This document shows, piece after piece, positions 40,919 through 51,822 of a DNA stretch of 64,000 nucleotides. The notes beneath the pieces are model-generated. The model was given only the letters and a program-made list of their open reading frames with translations. It was not told where the DNA came from and searched no databases. Made by a program: the position numbers and the translations under genes. The DNA is from Synechococcus sp. BS301-5m-G53 (GTDB taxonomy: Bacteria > Cyanobacteriota > Cyanobacteriia > PCC-6307 > Cyanobiaceae). The stretch spans positions 143-64,142 of the forward strand of contig JADHMX010000001.1 in assembly GCA_016779825.1 (NCBI GenBank), given 5' to 3'. The number at the start of each line of letters is the position of its first letter. Within the stretch, counting starts at the first letter, position 1.

Positions 40919-43822
40919 TCAGAAGGGACGATCCGCGTTGGTCGTTTCCATCCAGTTGGTTGGGGTGTAGGGCACAAACGGCACGCCGGTCCCCTTGAAG
41001 TCAAAGTCGTTGAGGCGGAAGCGAACGCCACCAATTCCCTCGTAGGGATTGAAGTAGATCCCCACGTCGTAGCTGCGCCGTTGCCAACGCAGTTCGATGT
41101 TGGAGTTGACGGTTTTGCCGTAGTACTTCGAACCGGGATCGACGTTGTAACTGACGCCGGTGCTCAGCACGACAGGTCCAGCAATCTGCTGGGTTAGTCC
41201 GACCCCAAGGGTGGCGAGATCGACGTTCCGATCGAAGGCGAACGGGCTGTTGCCGTTTTTCAGGGATCCGCTGCCGACGATGGAGATCTGCGTGAAGTCG
41301 AGGAAGGGCTTGCTGAAGGTGCCCAGGGTGATGGTGGGTCCTCCGCTGAGACTCAGAGTCTCCTGGTGGCCGCCATCGCCATACATAGCAATCGTGGTGT
41401 TCACGTTCGTGTTCAGGCTCAGCCCTGGAACGATGGGGACGGGGGAATAGCGGTAGGCCGCTGTTGGAATGAGCTCTGCTGTCTTCCCTTTGAGCAAGGG
41501 AATCTTGCTGGTGACGGAGGCAAGCAAGCTGCCACGGCCGCTGCGCAAACGACGGTTGCTGTTGAAGCGGTCGGCGTCGTAGTCCCCTACCGCACCGCGA
41601 ATGAGGTAGTCGTGATCGACTTCTCCCGTCGACCAGCTGCCCTTGGTCTCGGCATAAGCGCCATAGGCCGCATGGATGCTGGTTTTACCGAGGGAGCCAT
41701 TCCAGGTGCGGTAGCGGTAGGCCCCGAAAAGATTGGTGTTCAACACGCCCAAGCCGCCCAGGTCGATGTCACGGCCGAAGCTTCCCCAGTAGCGGCTGCT
41801 GCTGAGGATGTCTGCGGGATCGAAGCTGCTGATGTCGGCGTCGACGTTCAGTTTGTAGTCGCCATAGCGGCCACGCAGTTTGGCGTCTAGGCCAAACAAA
41901 TCAGCGGCGCTGTTGAAGTCGCCGTCAATGGCGCGCTGGACCATGAACTGCGGTTGAACGGATAGCTCTGTGCTGGTGCCGATGGTCAGCGGCTTGAGGT
42001 TGCGCCCCACAAAAAGGCCGTCGCGGTCCCTGTTGTCGATGCCAACAACAAAGCGGTTCTCTACTTCCTCTTCCTTCTGGATGAGCTGTCGACGGGTGAC
42101 AGGGATGGGCAGTCGCTCTTCGACGATCAGCCGGTTGCGCCGCGCCGAGATCAGCACATCGCCATTGGCTTGTTCCCGAGCAACCACGTCCTCTGCATCG
42201 ATCCTGGTTTGGGCTGGTGTGAAGGGATCGTTGCTGAATCCCATGCGGTCGGCTTCCCAGCCATCCGCCGTGATCAACACCCTCGAAGCCTGAACTCTCC
42301 AGCGGCTGATCGTGCCATTGAGGAGGTTGGTGCTTCCCAGGCTCTTCAATTGAGGAACTTTGACCACGCCGAAACGGTTTTCATCCCTGACTGAGGAATT
42401 CAGGCGTTGAACGGGGATGCCGCTGCGTCGTTCGATGCTGAAGCTGCCCTGGAGGTCGACGTCGGAGATGCGCTGGTCGATTTTGGCGATCGCCTCAGTG
42501 CGCATGGCCTGCTGCTGAGCTGGCGGAATTGCTGGCCGTTCGGCTTTGGCCTGACTGGAGACATGGCGCTGGGGATCACCTCCATCGCCGAGGGCAATCG
42601 AGTCGAGGCGGTCTGAGAGGGAGGAGGGCTTGACGCGCTGGTCGCGATCCGGGTCTTCACATTCCGGAAGGGGGGGCATCATGGCGCCCTCCGGCTTGGG
42701 TGTATCCCGTCCCCAGCGGTAGCGCACGCCAAGCAAGTAGGCATTGCTGCCCTCGGTGACGCCTCCGTAGGTGCCGAAGGCACCGGAGCGGTGGTGAATC
42801 CGGCCAACGAGCGACAGATCGGACGACACCGCTGCTTCCACCTCGAAACTGAGATAGTTCAACAGCTGGGTGTAGTTCTCGCGAAACGTTTTCTCGTAGA
42901 GGCTGACATCGGTGTTGTAGCTAATGCCTTCAACGACGCTGAAGCTCAGCCAAGGCTGAACCCAGACGCGAGCCCCAATTCCCAGCACCCCCTCGCCGAA
43001 GTTTTGTGCGGGCAGATCGGCATAGGGCTTGCTCTGGTTGAATTCGCCGCCCTGTTGCTGCTTGGCCATGTGGCTGAACAGGTCTGCCTCTAGCTCAACG
43101 GCAAAGGGGCCAGCACGCATGATCCGTTTCTGCACGCCGACGCCCAACACGGCTTCCGGACGCATTCGGCCGTTGAACAAAAAGGTGTCGCCGAAGGCGG
43201 CATCAATCATCTGACCGCCCCAAGCTGTGACTGCCCAGGGTTGTGGATGCCAGTCTGGGACTGGAGGGAGCAAAGGTGGACAGGCCACCGGCGGCATGCC
43301 TTCGCTGCTTTCGTTGTCGCTGCCTGTGGAAGCTGGCTCGGATTGGGTCTCAGGCCTTGCTACGGGCTCTGGAGCTGTCGTTCGTGAGGTTGTTAAAGGA
43401 TTGGTGAGGGGCTCCTCAAGGTCGATGACCCCGTAAACATCGTTGAGCTGGCCTTCGTTTTGGACGAGGTTGTAGCGGAAGCTCGACGCTTGAAAATATT
43501 GCTTGCCACGCTTGAAACGGACGGCGCCGCGGGCATACAGCGTGCGGTAGGCGGAATCGAATTCGATCCGATCGGCCCGCAATTCGGCGTTTCCGAGCCG
43601 AACAGAGACGTTGCCTTCAGCGATTGTGGCCTTGGACTTGCGTTCGGTGTATTGACGGTCGGCCTGGATATTGAGGCGCGCTGGTGCTGGAGAAACAGAC
43701 GCAGGACTCTGATCAGCCGATGCGGCTGAAACGCCCATTGCGGAGACTGAACCCGTGATCAGGGTTCCGGTCAGTGCGAAGAGAAGGCGGTGCGCCGCCA
43801 AGGCAATCCTGCTGCGGCACAT
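40919..43822 (-). CDS. DUF3769 / LptD(OstA)-like outer-membrane protein
   Basis: N-terminal OstA-like IQADRQ...AEGNV...L.ADRI; FSNDPFTP, DRDGLFVGR, YRYRTWNGSLG, SPFAFDR; beta-signal C-terminus FRLNDF. Confidence 0.85.
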   Translation of the reverse strand: MCRSRIALAAHRLLFALTGTLITGSVSAMGVSAASADQSPASVSPAPARLNIQADRQYTERKSKATIAEGNVSVRLGNAELRADRIEFDSAYRTLYARGAVRFKRGKQYFQASSFRYNLVQNEGQLNDVYGVIDLEEPLTNPLTTSRTTAPEPVARPETQSEPASTGSDNESSEGMPPVACPPLLPPVPDWHPQPWAVTAWGGQMIDAAFGDTFLFNGRMRPEAVLGVGVQKRIMRAGPFAVELEADLFSHMAKQQQGGEFNQSKPYADLPAQNFGEGVLGIGARVWVQPWLSFSVVEGISYNTDVSLYEKTFRENYTQLLNYLSFEVEAAVSSDLSLVGRIHHRSGAFGTYGGVTEGSNAYLLGVRYRWGRDTPKPEGAMMPPLPECEDPDRDQRVKPSSLSDRLDSIALGDGGDPQRHVSSQAKAERPAIPPAQQQAMRTEAIAKIDQRISDVDLQGSFSIERRSGIPVQRLNSSVRDENRFGVVKVPQLKSLGSTNLLNGTISRWRVQASRVLITADGWEADRMGFSNDPFTPAQTRIDAEDVVAREQANGDVLISARRNRLIVEERLPIPVTRRQLIQKEEEVENRFVVGIDNRDRDGLFVGRNLKPLTIGTSTELSVQPQFMVQRAIDGDFNSAADLFGLDAKLRGRYGDYKLNVDADISSFDPADILSSSRYWGSFGRDIDLGGLGVLNTNLFGAYRYRTWNGSLGKTSIHAAYGAYAETKGSWSTGEVDHDYLIRGAVGDYDADRFNSNRRLRSGRGSLLASVTSKIPLLKGKTAELIPTAAYRYSPVPIVPGLSLNTNVNTTIAMYGDGGHQETLSLSGGPTITLGTFSKPFLDFTQISIVGSGSLKNGNSPFAFDRNVDLATLGVGLTQQIAGPVVLSTGVSYNVDPGSKYYGKTVNSNIELRWQRRSYDVGIYFNPYEGIGGVRFRLNDFDFKGTGVPFVPYTPTNWMETTNADRPF

Positions 43823-43896
43823 GATCTTGCCAGCTCATTTCAGGATTCCCTTCTCGATCAGACCAGTGCGTTGCGCGGTCTGTTCGAGGGGTTCAA

Positions 43897-44016
43897 TCAA
43901 TCTTCCAGGTCTTTGCGGCTGGGGGTACGGCTTGGATCGCTCGCAAGAAATCCGAACACGAAGATGCCGAGAAAGAAGAAGACGACCGAGTAGACGGAGA
44001 TCTTGAGGGCGAGCAT
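43897..44016 (-). CDS. psbI: Photosystem II protein I (not in ORF track)
   Basis: Translated by hand: [39 protein letters not shown]. Confidence 0.97.
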   Translation of the reverse strand: MLALKISVYSVVFFFLGIFVFGFLASDPSRTPSRKDLED

Positions 44017-44080
44017 GGAGACCGACCGGCGTCTGTGACAAGGGCATCATCCTATGGGGCATGACAGCGTCAGCAGGGCA

Positions 44081-47020
44081 ATGAACCCTGATCAGGTCGG
44101 TCGATCGGAGTGGATTGAAACGTTTCGCAGTCGCTCGCGTCGTGATCTGCGTGCCGGTTGGCGCCGCTCAGGCACTGCCCAGGCTGGCTTTTTTCTCGAT
44201 GAAACCTGGGGATCGACGCATCGTCCGGACTGGGCCAAACGCGGCCTGCTGATTTGGCCCCGGGGACGTCAATGGCTGCGGCTTGAGCAGCGCTTGAGCT
44301 GGCCTGATGGATGGTTTGACGATGATTCCTGCCGTGCCCGGCTGGTGTTGAGCTGGTGGGCCGAGCAGATGCGCCTGTGGGTTGACGGCGTGCTGGTTCA
44401 TGAGGGGGATCTGTTCGATACCGCCTGTCGCTGGCCTCTGCCTGAGCGTTGTCGTCAGGGGGCTTCGCTGAATCTTGTGCTGGAGCTCTGCAGTCCCTTG
44501 CATGACGATGGCGCTCTGATCAGCAGCCACCTGGACCTGGAGCCGAAGGCGGGAGACTCCGATTCAGAGGGCACGTTGCTTCCTGCGGCCTTGGAACTGC
44601 ATCTTGCGGCGGATGGTGACCTGCCGATGCACTGGGCGGATCTGGATCCCAGGGGTGCTGAGGCGCAGGCCGCTATCGCAACGCACCTGCATCAGGCAGC
44701 CCCCCCGCGAGGGTCGTTGCATTGGCTGGGTCATGCCCATCTCGATCTGGCTTGGCTTTGGCCGGTCGCCGACACCTGGCAGGCCGCTGAACGCACCTTT
44801 CGCTCGGCATTGGCTCTGATGCGTCGCTGGCCTGAGCTGCGTTTTGCCCATTCCACGCCTGCGCTTTACGCCTGGATGGAACAGCATCGGCCGTCTCTGT
44901 TTGCGGAGATCCAGGCGGCCAGCCGTGCAGGCCGCTGGGAACCGATCAATGGGCCCTGGGTGGAGACCGACTGCGTTCTGGTCAGCACGGCGTCTCTGTG
45001 GAATCAATTCGCTCTTGGTCAGGAGGACAGCCGTCGCCGCTTCCCGGAATGGGCCCATGAGTTGGCCTGGCTGCCGGACAGCTTTGGCTTCGCCGCAGGC
45101 CTGCCTGCGGTGGCGGCTGCCACCGGCGTGCGTTGGTTCTGCACCCACAAGCTGGCTTGGAATGCTGAAAACCCTTTCCCTCATCGTCTGTTCCGCTGGC
45201 GCGGACGGGGACGGTCTGAACTGCGCAGCTTGATGCTGCCGCCGATCGGGCGTCGTGCTGACCCGATGGAGATGCTGGGGGAACAGCGTGCATGGCATCA
45301 GGCCACGGGGCTGGAGACAGCGCTCTGGATTCCGGGCGTCGGTGATCATGGTGGCGGCCCCACCGAGGAGTTGCTCGAAGAGATCGAGCTCTGGGAGCGA
45401 CAACCGACCGCGCTGCCCACCCGAGCCGGCACGGTGCGTGCCTTCCTGACGGAGCTGGAGCAGGACGATCAGGCCTGGCCGGTGTGGCGCGATGAGCTCT
45501 TCCTGGAGTTGCATCGTGGTTGCGCCACCAGCCGGCCTGATCAGAAGCGTCACAACCGCACGCTGGAACGGCTTCTGCGGGAGGCCGATGCCGCTGCGGC
45601 CCTGTTGGCCAGCAGGGGCCAGGACAGCGGCGGCAGCGATTGGCGTCCGCTGTTGTTTCAGCAGTTTCACGACATTCTTCCGGGAACCTCGATCCCTGAG
45701 GTGTTTGAGCAGGCGGAACCGGTGTGGCGCTCAGCCCGGCGCCAGGCCCGCCAGGAACGCGATCGGAGGCTGGCAAGGCTGCCGTGTTCGCGGGACACCG
45801 CGGCGGAATGGAGTTGGTGGGGGCTGCAGCCCTTGGCCTCCTGGTCGCCTCTGGTTCGCCTCCCGGCTGGAGTTTGGACGGTCGACGCCGCTGCACTGCC
45901 CCAGCAAGCCGCAGCCGTGGGTGGTACTTGGGTGCAGTTGCCTCGTCAGCACGGCAGTTGCTCTGTGCCTCTCCGTCGTGAGCCAGGGCAGCTGTCCTGC
46001 CTTGCTGAACCCCGCAACCCTGTTGTCATCTCATCGGTGGCGTCGGGAGCCTGGCGTCTTGGCAATGGTCTGCTGGAGGTTGAGGTCTCCGCCGCCGGAC
46101 TGCTTGCGCTGCGGGATCATGACGGACGCGAGCAGCTGTCGGCGCCGTTGCAGCTGGAGCGGTACCGGGACCGTGGCGAATTCTGGGATGCCTGGGATCT
46201 GGCGGCTGGTTACCGCTCCCATCCCTTGGGTGTGGCGTCCACGGATGACTTGCAATGGCTCGATCAGGGCCCATTGGTGGCTCATCTGGTGTTGCGGCGT
46301 CAACTCGGTGCCAGCTCCATGCGGCTGGACCTGCGGTTGAAGGCCGACACGCCCTGGCTGGAGCTGATCTGCAGCATCGACTGGCGTCAGACCCACGAGG
46401 TGTTGCGTCTGGACCTGCCGCTGGCGACCCCTGCCGTTCGCATCGGTGCCGATACCAGTGGAGGGGTGATTGAACGGCCGGCTAAGCCGATGACGGCTCA
46501 CGAGCAAGCCCGCTGGGAAGTCCCCGTGATCTCTTGGTTTGCCTCGCAGTCGGTCGCTCCGGGAGGTGGGATGGCTCTGTTGCTGGATGGCCCTCAGGGG
46601 GTTGATTGGTCTCCAGCTCGGCTGGGTGTTTCGCTGCTGCGCGGTCCAACGTGGCCTGATCCCAGCGCTGATCAGGGCTGGCATCGCCAGCGCTTGGCCC
46701 TCATGCCCTTTTCAGGCGCCTGGAGTGATGCCGGTGTGCCTCAGGCGGCCATTGCCTTCCGCGAGCCTGGCTGGTGTGCAGCATTGCCTGCCGAGTTATG
46801 TCAGTGGTTTCCACCGCTGCCGCTTCAGCTCACGCCGGTGGCCTTGCAGCGGCATGACGGTGGATGCTTGCTGAAGCTCATCAACGCGGGGTCATCGCGC
46901 TGCCGATGGACCCCCGGTGGGGAATGGCGTGTTCGCCGTCAAACCGACTCAAATGCAGCAGGAGCAGTGGTGATCGCCCCAGGAGAACTGGTGTCTCTGG
47001 TGCTGGTTCAGTCCTCGTGA
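44081..47020 (+). CDS. Alpha-mannosidase, glycoside hydrolase family 38
   Basis: [49 protein letters not shown]. Start 44054 or 44081. Confidence 0.93.
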   Translation: MNPDQVGRSEWIETFRSRSRRDLRAGWRRSGTAQAGFFLDETWGSTHRPDWAKRGLLIWPRGRQWLRLEQRLSWPDGWFDDDSCRARLVLSWWAEQMRLWVDGVLVHEGDLFDTACRWPLPERCRQGASLNLVLELCSPLHDDGALISSHLDLEPKAGDSDSEGTLLPAALELHLAADGDLPMHWADLDPRGAEAQAAIATHLHQAAPPRGSLHWLGHAHLDLAWLWPVADTWQAAERTFRSALALMRRWPELRFAHSTPALYAWMEQHRPSLFAEIQAASRAGRWEPINGPWVETDCVLVSTASLWNQFALGQEDSRRRFPEWAHELAWLPDSFGFAAGLPAVAAATGVRWFCTHKLAWNAENPFPHRLFRWRGRGRSELRSLMLPPIGRRADPMEMLGEQRAWHQATGLETALWIPGVGDHGGGPTEELLEEIELWERQPTALPTRAGTVRAFLTELEQDDQAWPVWRDELFLELHRGCATSRPDQKRHNRTLERLLREADAAAALLASRGQDSGGSDWRPLLFQQFHDILPGTSIPEVFEQAEPVWRSARRQARQERDRRLARLPCSRDTAAEWSWWGLQPLASWSPLVRLPAGVWTVDAAALPQQAAAVGGTWVQLPRQHGSCSVPLRREPGQLSCLAEPRNPVVISSVASGAWRLGNGLLEVEVSAAGLLALRDHDGREQLSAPLQLERYRDRGEFWDAWDLAAGYRSHPLGVASTDDLQWLDQGPLVAHLVLRRQLGASSMRLDLRLKADTPWLELICSIDWRQTHEVLRLDLPLATPAVRIGADTSGGVIERPAKPMTAHEQARWEVPVISWFASQSVAPGGGMALLLDGPQGVDWSPARLGVSLLRGPTWPDPSADQGWHRQRLALMPFSGAWSDAGVPQAAIAFREPGWCAALPAELCQWFPPLPLQLTPVALQRHDGGCLLKLINAGSSRCRWTPGGEWRVRRQTDSNAAGAVVIAPGELVSLVLVQSS

Positions 47021-47148
47021 TCGTCAAACGGGTCGTCGAGGGCTTTCGATGGCGGACCGAAGGCCTGGTACACACCAAAGCCGGTGAGTCCAAACAGTAC
47101 GGCGAGCACGCCGATGGCGACGGACAGGGCTGGGGACGACGTTTCCAT
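47008..47148 (-). CDS. psbN: Photosystem II assembly protein PsbN (not in ORF track)
   Basis: Translated by hand: [46 protein letters not shown]. Confidence 0.96.
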   Translation of the reverse strand: METSSPALSVAIGVLAVLFGLTGFGVYQAFGPPSKALDDPFDDHED

Positions 47149-47232
47149 CACATCTCTCGACAGGATCAACCCCGAACCGGAGTAGGCCCCTACAGTATCC
47201 AGACTTCAAACCACCCGAGACCCAGCGTCGCC

Positions 47233-47433
47233 ATGGCACAACGCACCCGTCTGGGAGACCTTCTCCGCCCACTGAACTCCGAATACGGGAAGGTGGTTCC
47301 CGGATGGGGCACCACTCCCGTGATGGGCATCTTCATGGTGCTGTTCCTGGTGTTCCTGCTGGTGATTCTTCAGCTGTACAACAAGTCCCTCATCCTCGAG
47401 GGCATCAATGTGAACTGGAACGGCCTCGGCTGA
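47233..47433 (+). CDS. psbH: Photosystem II protein H
   Basis: [32 protein letters not shown]; divergent from psbN. Confidence 0.97.
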   Translation: MAQRTRLGDLLRPLNSEYGKVVPGWGTTPVMGIFMVLFLVFLLVILQLYNKSLILEGINVNWNGLG

Positions 47434-47442
47434 TCTGCACCC

Positions 47443-47673
47443 ATGAACATCTTCGGCGTCGGTCTCCCCGAAATGGCGGTTATCGGCGCCGTAGCTCTAT
47501 TGGTGTTTGGGCCGAAGCGCCTTCCGGAACTTGGGCGCACCCTGGGAAAGACCTTGAAAGGTTTCCAGTCAGCGTCCAAAGAATTTGAACGCGAGATCAA
47601 CAAAGCCATGGCGGAGCCGGAGGTGTCCGGTGATGCTTCCAAGTCGGCTGAAGAACTTCCTCCCGGCGACTGA
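47443..47673 (+). CDS. tatA: Twin-arginine translocase TatA/E
   Basis: GVGLPEM...LLVFGPKRLPELGRTLGKTLKGFQ. Confidence 0.95.
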   Translation: MNIFGVGLPEMAVIGAVALLVFGPKRLPELGRTLGKTLKGFQSASKEFEREINKAMAEPEVSGDASKSAEELPPGD

Positions 47674-47687
47674 GTCGCTCCAGCGGT

Positions 47688-48305
47688 ATGACCACTGATC
47701 TCAAGCTGGTGGTGGGACTTGGGAATCCAGGCACGAAATACGCCGGCACCCGCCACAACATTGGTTTCATGGCTCTCGACCTGTTGGCCGAGCGTTCCGG
47801 CTTCAGTTTTCGGCAGCAAGCGAAGTTGCACGGTCTGGCGGCCGATACTGGAGTCGGTGATCAGCGTCTACGCCTGCTGATGCCGCAGACCTTTATGAAC
47901 GACAGCGGTCGCGCCATTCGTGCTGCCCTCGACTGGTTTGGCCTGGAGCCCCATCAACTGCTGGTGCTGGTGGACGACATGGACTTGCCCCTCGGCCGTT
48001 TGCGGCTGCGGGCCCAGGGCAGTGCTGGAGGTCACAACGGCTTGCGCAGCACCATTCAGCATCTGGGCACCCAGGCGTTCCCAAGGCTGCGGATCGGCAT
48101 TGGCGCGCCGGCTGAAAACCCTGCCGAGCGTCGTGCTCGAACGGTGTCTCACGTGCTCGGTCCCTTCAGCAAGCCGGAACAACCCTGTGTGGGTGCTGTT
48201 CTCGATGCTGTGCTTGAGGGGATTCAGCGTCTTCAACGCCAGAGCTTCGAGCGCGCTGGAACTTGGATCAACGGGTTTCGCTACGACCTGGAGTCGGTTG
48301 ACTGA
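47688..48305 (+). CDS. pth: Peptidyl-tRNA hydrolase
   Basis: VGLGNPG..Y..TRHNIGF, TFMNDSG, GSAGGHNGLRS, RLRIGIG. Confidence 0.97.
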   Translation: MTTDLKLVVGLGNPGTKYAGTRHNIGFMALDLLAERSGFSFRQQAKLHGLAADTGVGDQRLRLLMPQTFMNDSGRAIRAALDWFGLEPHQLLVLVDDMDLPLGRLRLRAQGSAGGHNGLRSTIQHLGTQAFPRLRIGIGAPAENPAERRARTVSHVLGPFSKPEQPCVGAVLDAVLEGIQRLQRQSFERAGTWINGFRYDLESVD

Positions 48306-48562
48306 TGCCGGCTCTCCCGGCGACTACGGCCCATTTGCGGGTGCTCCGCCAGTGTTTTCAAGCCAAGTGTGTGGAGGGTGAGGTCTCGGCTGGAGGCTTC
48401 GAATGGCAGTTTTACTGGGCCTTTGACCGCGGCGAACTGGCGGTGGAGCCGTCCTTGGGACGGGCTCTGATCGAGGATGCCCTGCGTCGGTTCCTGGTGC
48501 GATCTGATTATCGGCTTGAACCGGGAGGCGACTACACCTTCACGGTCAGGGCGAGGTTCTGA
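48305..48562 (+). CDS. DUF3146 family protein
   Basis: LPATTAH...GEV.AG.F.W.F.W.F..GEL.VEPSLGRALI...DYRLEPGGDY.F. Confidence 0.85.
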   Translation: MPALPATTAHLRVLRQCFQAKCVEGEVSAGGFEWQFYWAFDRGELAVEPSLGRALIEDALRRFLVRSDYRLEPGGDYTFTVRARF

Positions 48563-48986
48563 GCGAGAACGTGGGGGCAGGCTCTGGCCATTGCAGACGG
48601 CAGTGCAGGTGCTCCTCCAGCATGACCAAGGCGGCCACAGCATCCAGATCCACTGGCGGAATGCGCAGCCCTGCCGGCAGCATCCGTCGCCAACCCTGAG
48701 CCGGCCACAGGGTCCAGTAGCGCTGTCGTGCCCGCAGGGTTGTTCCCTGCTCCGGAATCACGGTGAGGTTGCCCAGATGCTCCAGGCGCTGGATCCAGGC
48801 TCGGCTGCCTGTGCCATCGCCGATCAGGATGCGGTCGAGCGGTTGCTCCTGATTCCACTGCTCCAGCCAGGCTTCCACAGCGTCCGGGGCCAGCACATGC
48901 CCCTCGCGCACAAAGCCGAGCTGAAGATCGGCCAGCACAAGACCACATTTGCAGCGGCCAGGATCGAGAACGGCCACCCGTTTCAT
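48546..48986 (-). CDS. YqgF/RuvX-like RNase H-fold protein
   Basis: LDPGRCKCGLV, IGDGTGS, EQGTTLRARQRYW, DAVAALVM. Confidence 0.85.
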   Translation of the reverse strand: MKRVAVLDPGRCKCGLVLADLQLGFVREGHVLAPDAVEAWLEQWNQEQPLDRILIGDGTGSRAWIQRLEHLGNLTVIPEQGTTLRARQRYWTLWPAQGWRRMLPAGLRIPPVDLDAVAALVMLEEHLHCRLQWPEPAPTFSLRTSP

Positions 48987-50134
48987 CGGGATGCTTCAAC
49001 CGTGACGATCACAGGATCGGCGCTGTTGCTGTCAGCTGCGGCAATGACTTTCAAGATCACGCTTTGGCTGGGCCCCTCCATGAGTGCCTGGGCCAGTTGG
49101 GCCAGAGCTGATCCATCGAACTGAAGCCCCTCGCTGAGGGATCCGCGCCGTTGTACTTCGGCATAGGCCGATGCCAAGAGAAGGTTGAGCCGCGTGCGAA
49201 TGGCTTCTGGTGTGCGGTCATCCGGTTGCAGACTTGTGGTGGCCAGCACGTCTCCGCTTTCGGCCACAGGGCGGTTGGGACGGACCTCGGGGAAGGCATA
49301 CACCGCTGTTTCACCGCGCAGCACATTGGTGGCGGAGCGCAGCGAGATCACCCAGGTGTCTGGTTTGCCGATGATGCTCTGTAGGCGTTCCACGTCGCTG
49401 CGGGGAACGCGGATCAACTGGCGTTCAGGGGCTTCACCCGGCCGCACTTTGCTGTAAGCGTTGAGATTGGCCTCCTGCAGCAGCCTGTCGACAGCCTGTT
49501 TTGCCTGATCCGGAGCGTCGAGTCGAACCGTTGCCCTTGCCAAGGTCTGTCCACTGCTGATCACCACCGACCCACGCCTTAGGGCCACCAGATTGCGTTC
49601 CAGTTCCTTGAGTTCCTGCTCGCCGGCCCGGATTCGGCTGCGCACGCTGTTCAATTCGGCTTCTGTTCGCTGGATATCGGCATCGCGGGAGGCGATGTCC
49701 TTGCTTAAGCGTTCGCGTTCTGCTTCGAGTTGAGCGCGTTCCTCCTGCAAAGGAGCCAACTCGCGCCGCAGAGTGTTTGCCCGTTGTTGCGATTGCTCGA
49801 GTTCAGTGGCGATTCGCTTGGTTTCCGTTCGGGTTTTGTCCCGTTCCTGTTCGGCGGCCTCGAGCTGTTGCCGGCTGTCCTGGAGTTTTTCCTGCAGGGC
49901 ATCCAGTTCAAACAGTCCCACCCGCAGCTGGCGGCTCACCAGCAGCAGCAGGCCAAGCGAGAGTGCGCTGATCAAGCTGCCGGTCAGCACCGTGATCACA
50001 ACGGCGGTTCGCCGGGGGCGCATCTTGAACAGACTCAAGCGCGCCTTGCCAACACGACTGCCCAACCTGTCACCCAGGGTCGACAGCACGCCCCCGAGCA
50101 CCAGCAAAACCAGGATCAGTGCCCAGCCGCTCAT
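48983..50134 (-). CDS. DUF3084 coiled-coil membrane protein
   Basis: LGG..STLGDRLGSRVGKARLSLF.MRPRRTAV.ITVLTG followed by a long coiled coil. Confidence 0.88.
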   Translation of the reverse strand: MSGWALILVLLVLGGVLSTLGDRLGSRVGKARLSLFKMRPRRTAVVITVLTGSLISALSLGLLLLVSRQLRVGLFELDALQEKLQDSRQQLEAAEQERDKTRTETKRIATELEQSQQRANTLRRELAPLQEERAQLEAERERLSKDIASRDADIQRTEAELNSVRSRIRAGEQELKELERNLVALRRGSVVISSGQTLARATVRLDAPDQAKQAVDRLLQEANLNAYSKVRPGEAPERQLIRVPRSDVERLQSIIGKPDTWVISLRSATNVLRGETAVYAFPEVRPNRPVAESGDVLATTSLQPDDRTPEAIRTRLNLLLASAYAEVQRRGSLSEGLQFDGSALAQLAQALMEGPSQSVILKVIAAADSNSADPVIVTVEASR

Positions 50135-50161
50135 GGCTGAACCCGTCGGACGATGGCCGGA

Positions 50162-50878
50162 CTAGCTGAAGCGTTTGGCCAGAGCGATTGGATCCAGAAC
50201 GGTGATTTTTTTGCGGTCAATCTGAACCAGACCGGATTGACGCAAGTCTCCCAGCAGACGCGTGATTGTGACGCGCGTTGAGCCAATTGCTTCGGCGATG
50301 GCCTGGTGGGACAGGCGCAGGTCGATGGTGATGCCCAGTTCATCCGCCACACCGAAGTCCCTGCACAGCACCAGCAGAAAGCTCACCAGTCGGGATGACA
50401 TGTCCCTGTGGGTGAGGGTTTCGATCATCGTTTCGGTCTGAAGAATCCGACTGGAAAGACCCTGCAGCAAGCGCAGGCCAACGCTGGTGTCGGCTTCGAT
50501 AGCGGCCTTCACGGATGTCGCTGGCGCCGTCACCATCTCGACACGGGTGAAGGCCACAGCGTGATAAAAGCGGTCGGACCGTTGACCCGTCAGCAACGAC
50601 AACACTCCGAACAGGCTGTTCTCGCGCAGCAGGGCCACCGTGATCTCTTCTCCTGACTCATAGACGCGGGAGAGCCTGACAGCTCCGCGCCGGATCAGAT
50701 ACACACGTTCGGCGGGGTCCCCAGGGAAAAAGATGGTCTTGTTGCGGTCCACCAGTTCAGTGCTGGCGCCGTCCAAATCCCGAATGATCTCCAGAAGGGA
50801 ACGGTTGGCGGGTTCTGCACTGGGAGTTGGAGCCACCATCTGCGGGGCGTAACGGCTGAAACCTCTGCTACTGGTCAT
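50162..50878 (-). CDS. ntcA: Global nitrogen regulator NtcA
   Basis: [53 protein letters not shown]. Confidence 0.98.
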   Translation of the reverse strand: MTSSRGFSRYAPQMVAPTPSAEPANRSLLEIIRDLDGASTELVDRNKTIFFPGDPAERVYLIRRGAVRLSRVYESGEEITVALLRENSLFGVLSLLTGQRSDRFYHAVAFTRVEMVTAPATSVKAAIEADTSVGLRLLQGLSSRILQTETMIETLTHRDMSSRLVSFLLVLCRDFGVADELGITIDLRLSHQAIAEAIGSTRVTITRLLGDLRQSGLVQIDRKKITVLDPIALAKRFS

Positions 50879-50898
50879 GACAACCCCCTAGTTCAGCG

Positions 50899-50940
50899 AA
50901 GCTACGGAGCAAGCGATGCATGCCGTGTAGCGGTTATTAC
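50899..50940 (-). promoter_or_regulatory. NtcA-activated class II promoter of ntcA (GTA-N8-TAC-N22-TAGCTT)
   Basis: Minus strand GTAataaccgcTAC (50940-50927), a 22-nt spacer, then TAGCTT (50904-50899). Confidence 0.88.
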
Positions 50941-51680
50941 CTATTACTGTTGAGTTCGTCCATGGCCTGGCGTTGTGCCTGCATCAGGGATGTCAACCCT
51001 GGCTCCGCCAGATCCAGCAATTCATTGAGTTGCTTGCGGCTGAAGGGTGCTCCCTCTGCAGTGCCCTGGATTTCCAGCAGGCGACCGTCGCTGGCCTGCA
51101 CAACGTTCAGGTCCACTTCAGCTCGGCTGTCTTCGCTGTAGTCCAGATCCAGCAACGCATGGCCATCCACCAAGCCCACCGATACGGCTGCCACCTGGTC
51201 GACCAGAGGTGACTGCTCCAGGATCCCTTGCTCCATGAGTGCTCGGCAGGCCTGCTCAAGGGCGAGCCAAGCTCCGGTGATGGATGCCGTTCGCGTGCCG
51301 GCATCCGCCTGAATCACATCGCAATCGATCAGCAAGGTGCGCTCCCCCAGGCGCTCCATGTCGATCACGGCACGCAGGCTGCGGCCGATCAGCCGCTGAA
51401 TCTCCTGGGTGCGGCCTGACAGTTTCATCAGCTCCCGAGATTGCCGCTGCGGTGTGGATCCGGGCAGCAGTCGGTATTCGGCGCTGAGCCATCCCAATCC
51501 CTCTCCCTTGCGCCAGCGGGGAACCTTCTCCTCCAGGCAGACGCTGCAGAGAACAGCGGTTCGGCCGGTGTGAACCACAAGCGAGCTCAAGGCAAAACCC
51601 ATGGGATTCCAGGTCACTGAGAACGGTCGTAACTGCTGCGGGCGACGGCCATCAGTGCGGTGTTCAGGGGATTGGCTCAT
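50937..51680 (-). CDS. rph: Ribonuclease PH
   Basis: RTDGRR...LRP, GWLSAEY.LLPGST, GRTQEIQRLIGRSLR, DCDVIQADAGTRTASITG, DLDYSEDS. ATG at 51680. Confidence 0.97.
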   Translation of the reverse strand: MSQSPEHRTDGRRPQQLRPFSVTWNPMGFALSSLVVHTGRTAVLCSVCLEEKVPRWRKGEGLGWLSAEYRLLPGSTPQRQSRELMKLSGRTQEIQRLIGRSLRAVIDMERLGERTLLIDCDVIQADAGTRTASITGAWLALEQACRALMEQGILEQSPLVDQVAAVSVGLVDGHALLDLDYSEDSRAEVDLNVVQASDGRLLEIQGTAEGAPFSRKQLNELLDLAEPGLTSLMQAQRQAMDELNSNR

Positions 51681-51734
51681 CGGTGGTGTGCAGTTCGTCA
51701 AGCCTCGCAGGCGGTTGGTTTTCGCCTTGTCCAA

Positions 51735-51750
51735 ACACCATGGGTGGTGT
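51735..51750. promoter_or_regulatory. 16-bp palindrome ACACCATGGGTGGTGT, candidate NrdR box
   Basis: ACACCA/TGGTGT arms resemble the NrdR consensus acaCwAtATaTwGtgt; lies upstream of the cobO-like/dcd pair. Confidence 0.45.
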
Positions 51751-51822
51751 CAATCCCCTTGTGGAATGTGATCTCGCCGCTACATTCAAGGTCTTGCCGG
51801 GGTCGCCCGGACGGATGTTGCC

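Noticed and set aside
46864-47232. Long ORF extension upstream of psbH
   Set aside because: Overlaps psbN and the mannosidase end; PsbH starts at 47233.
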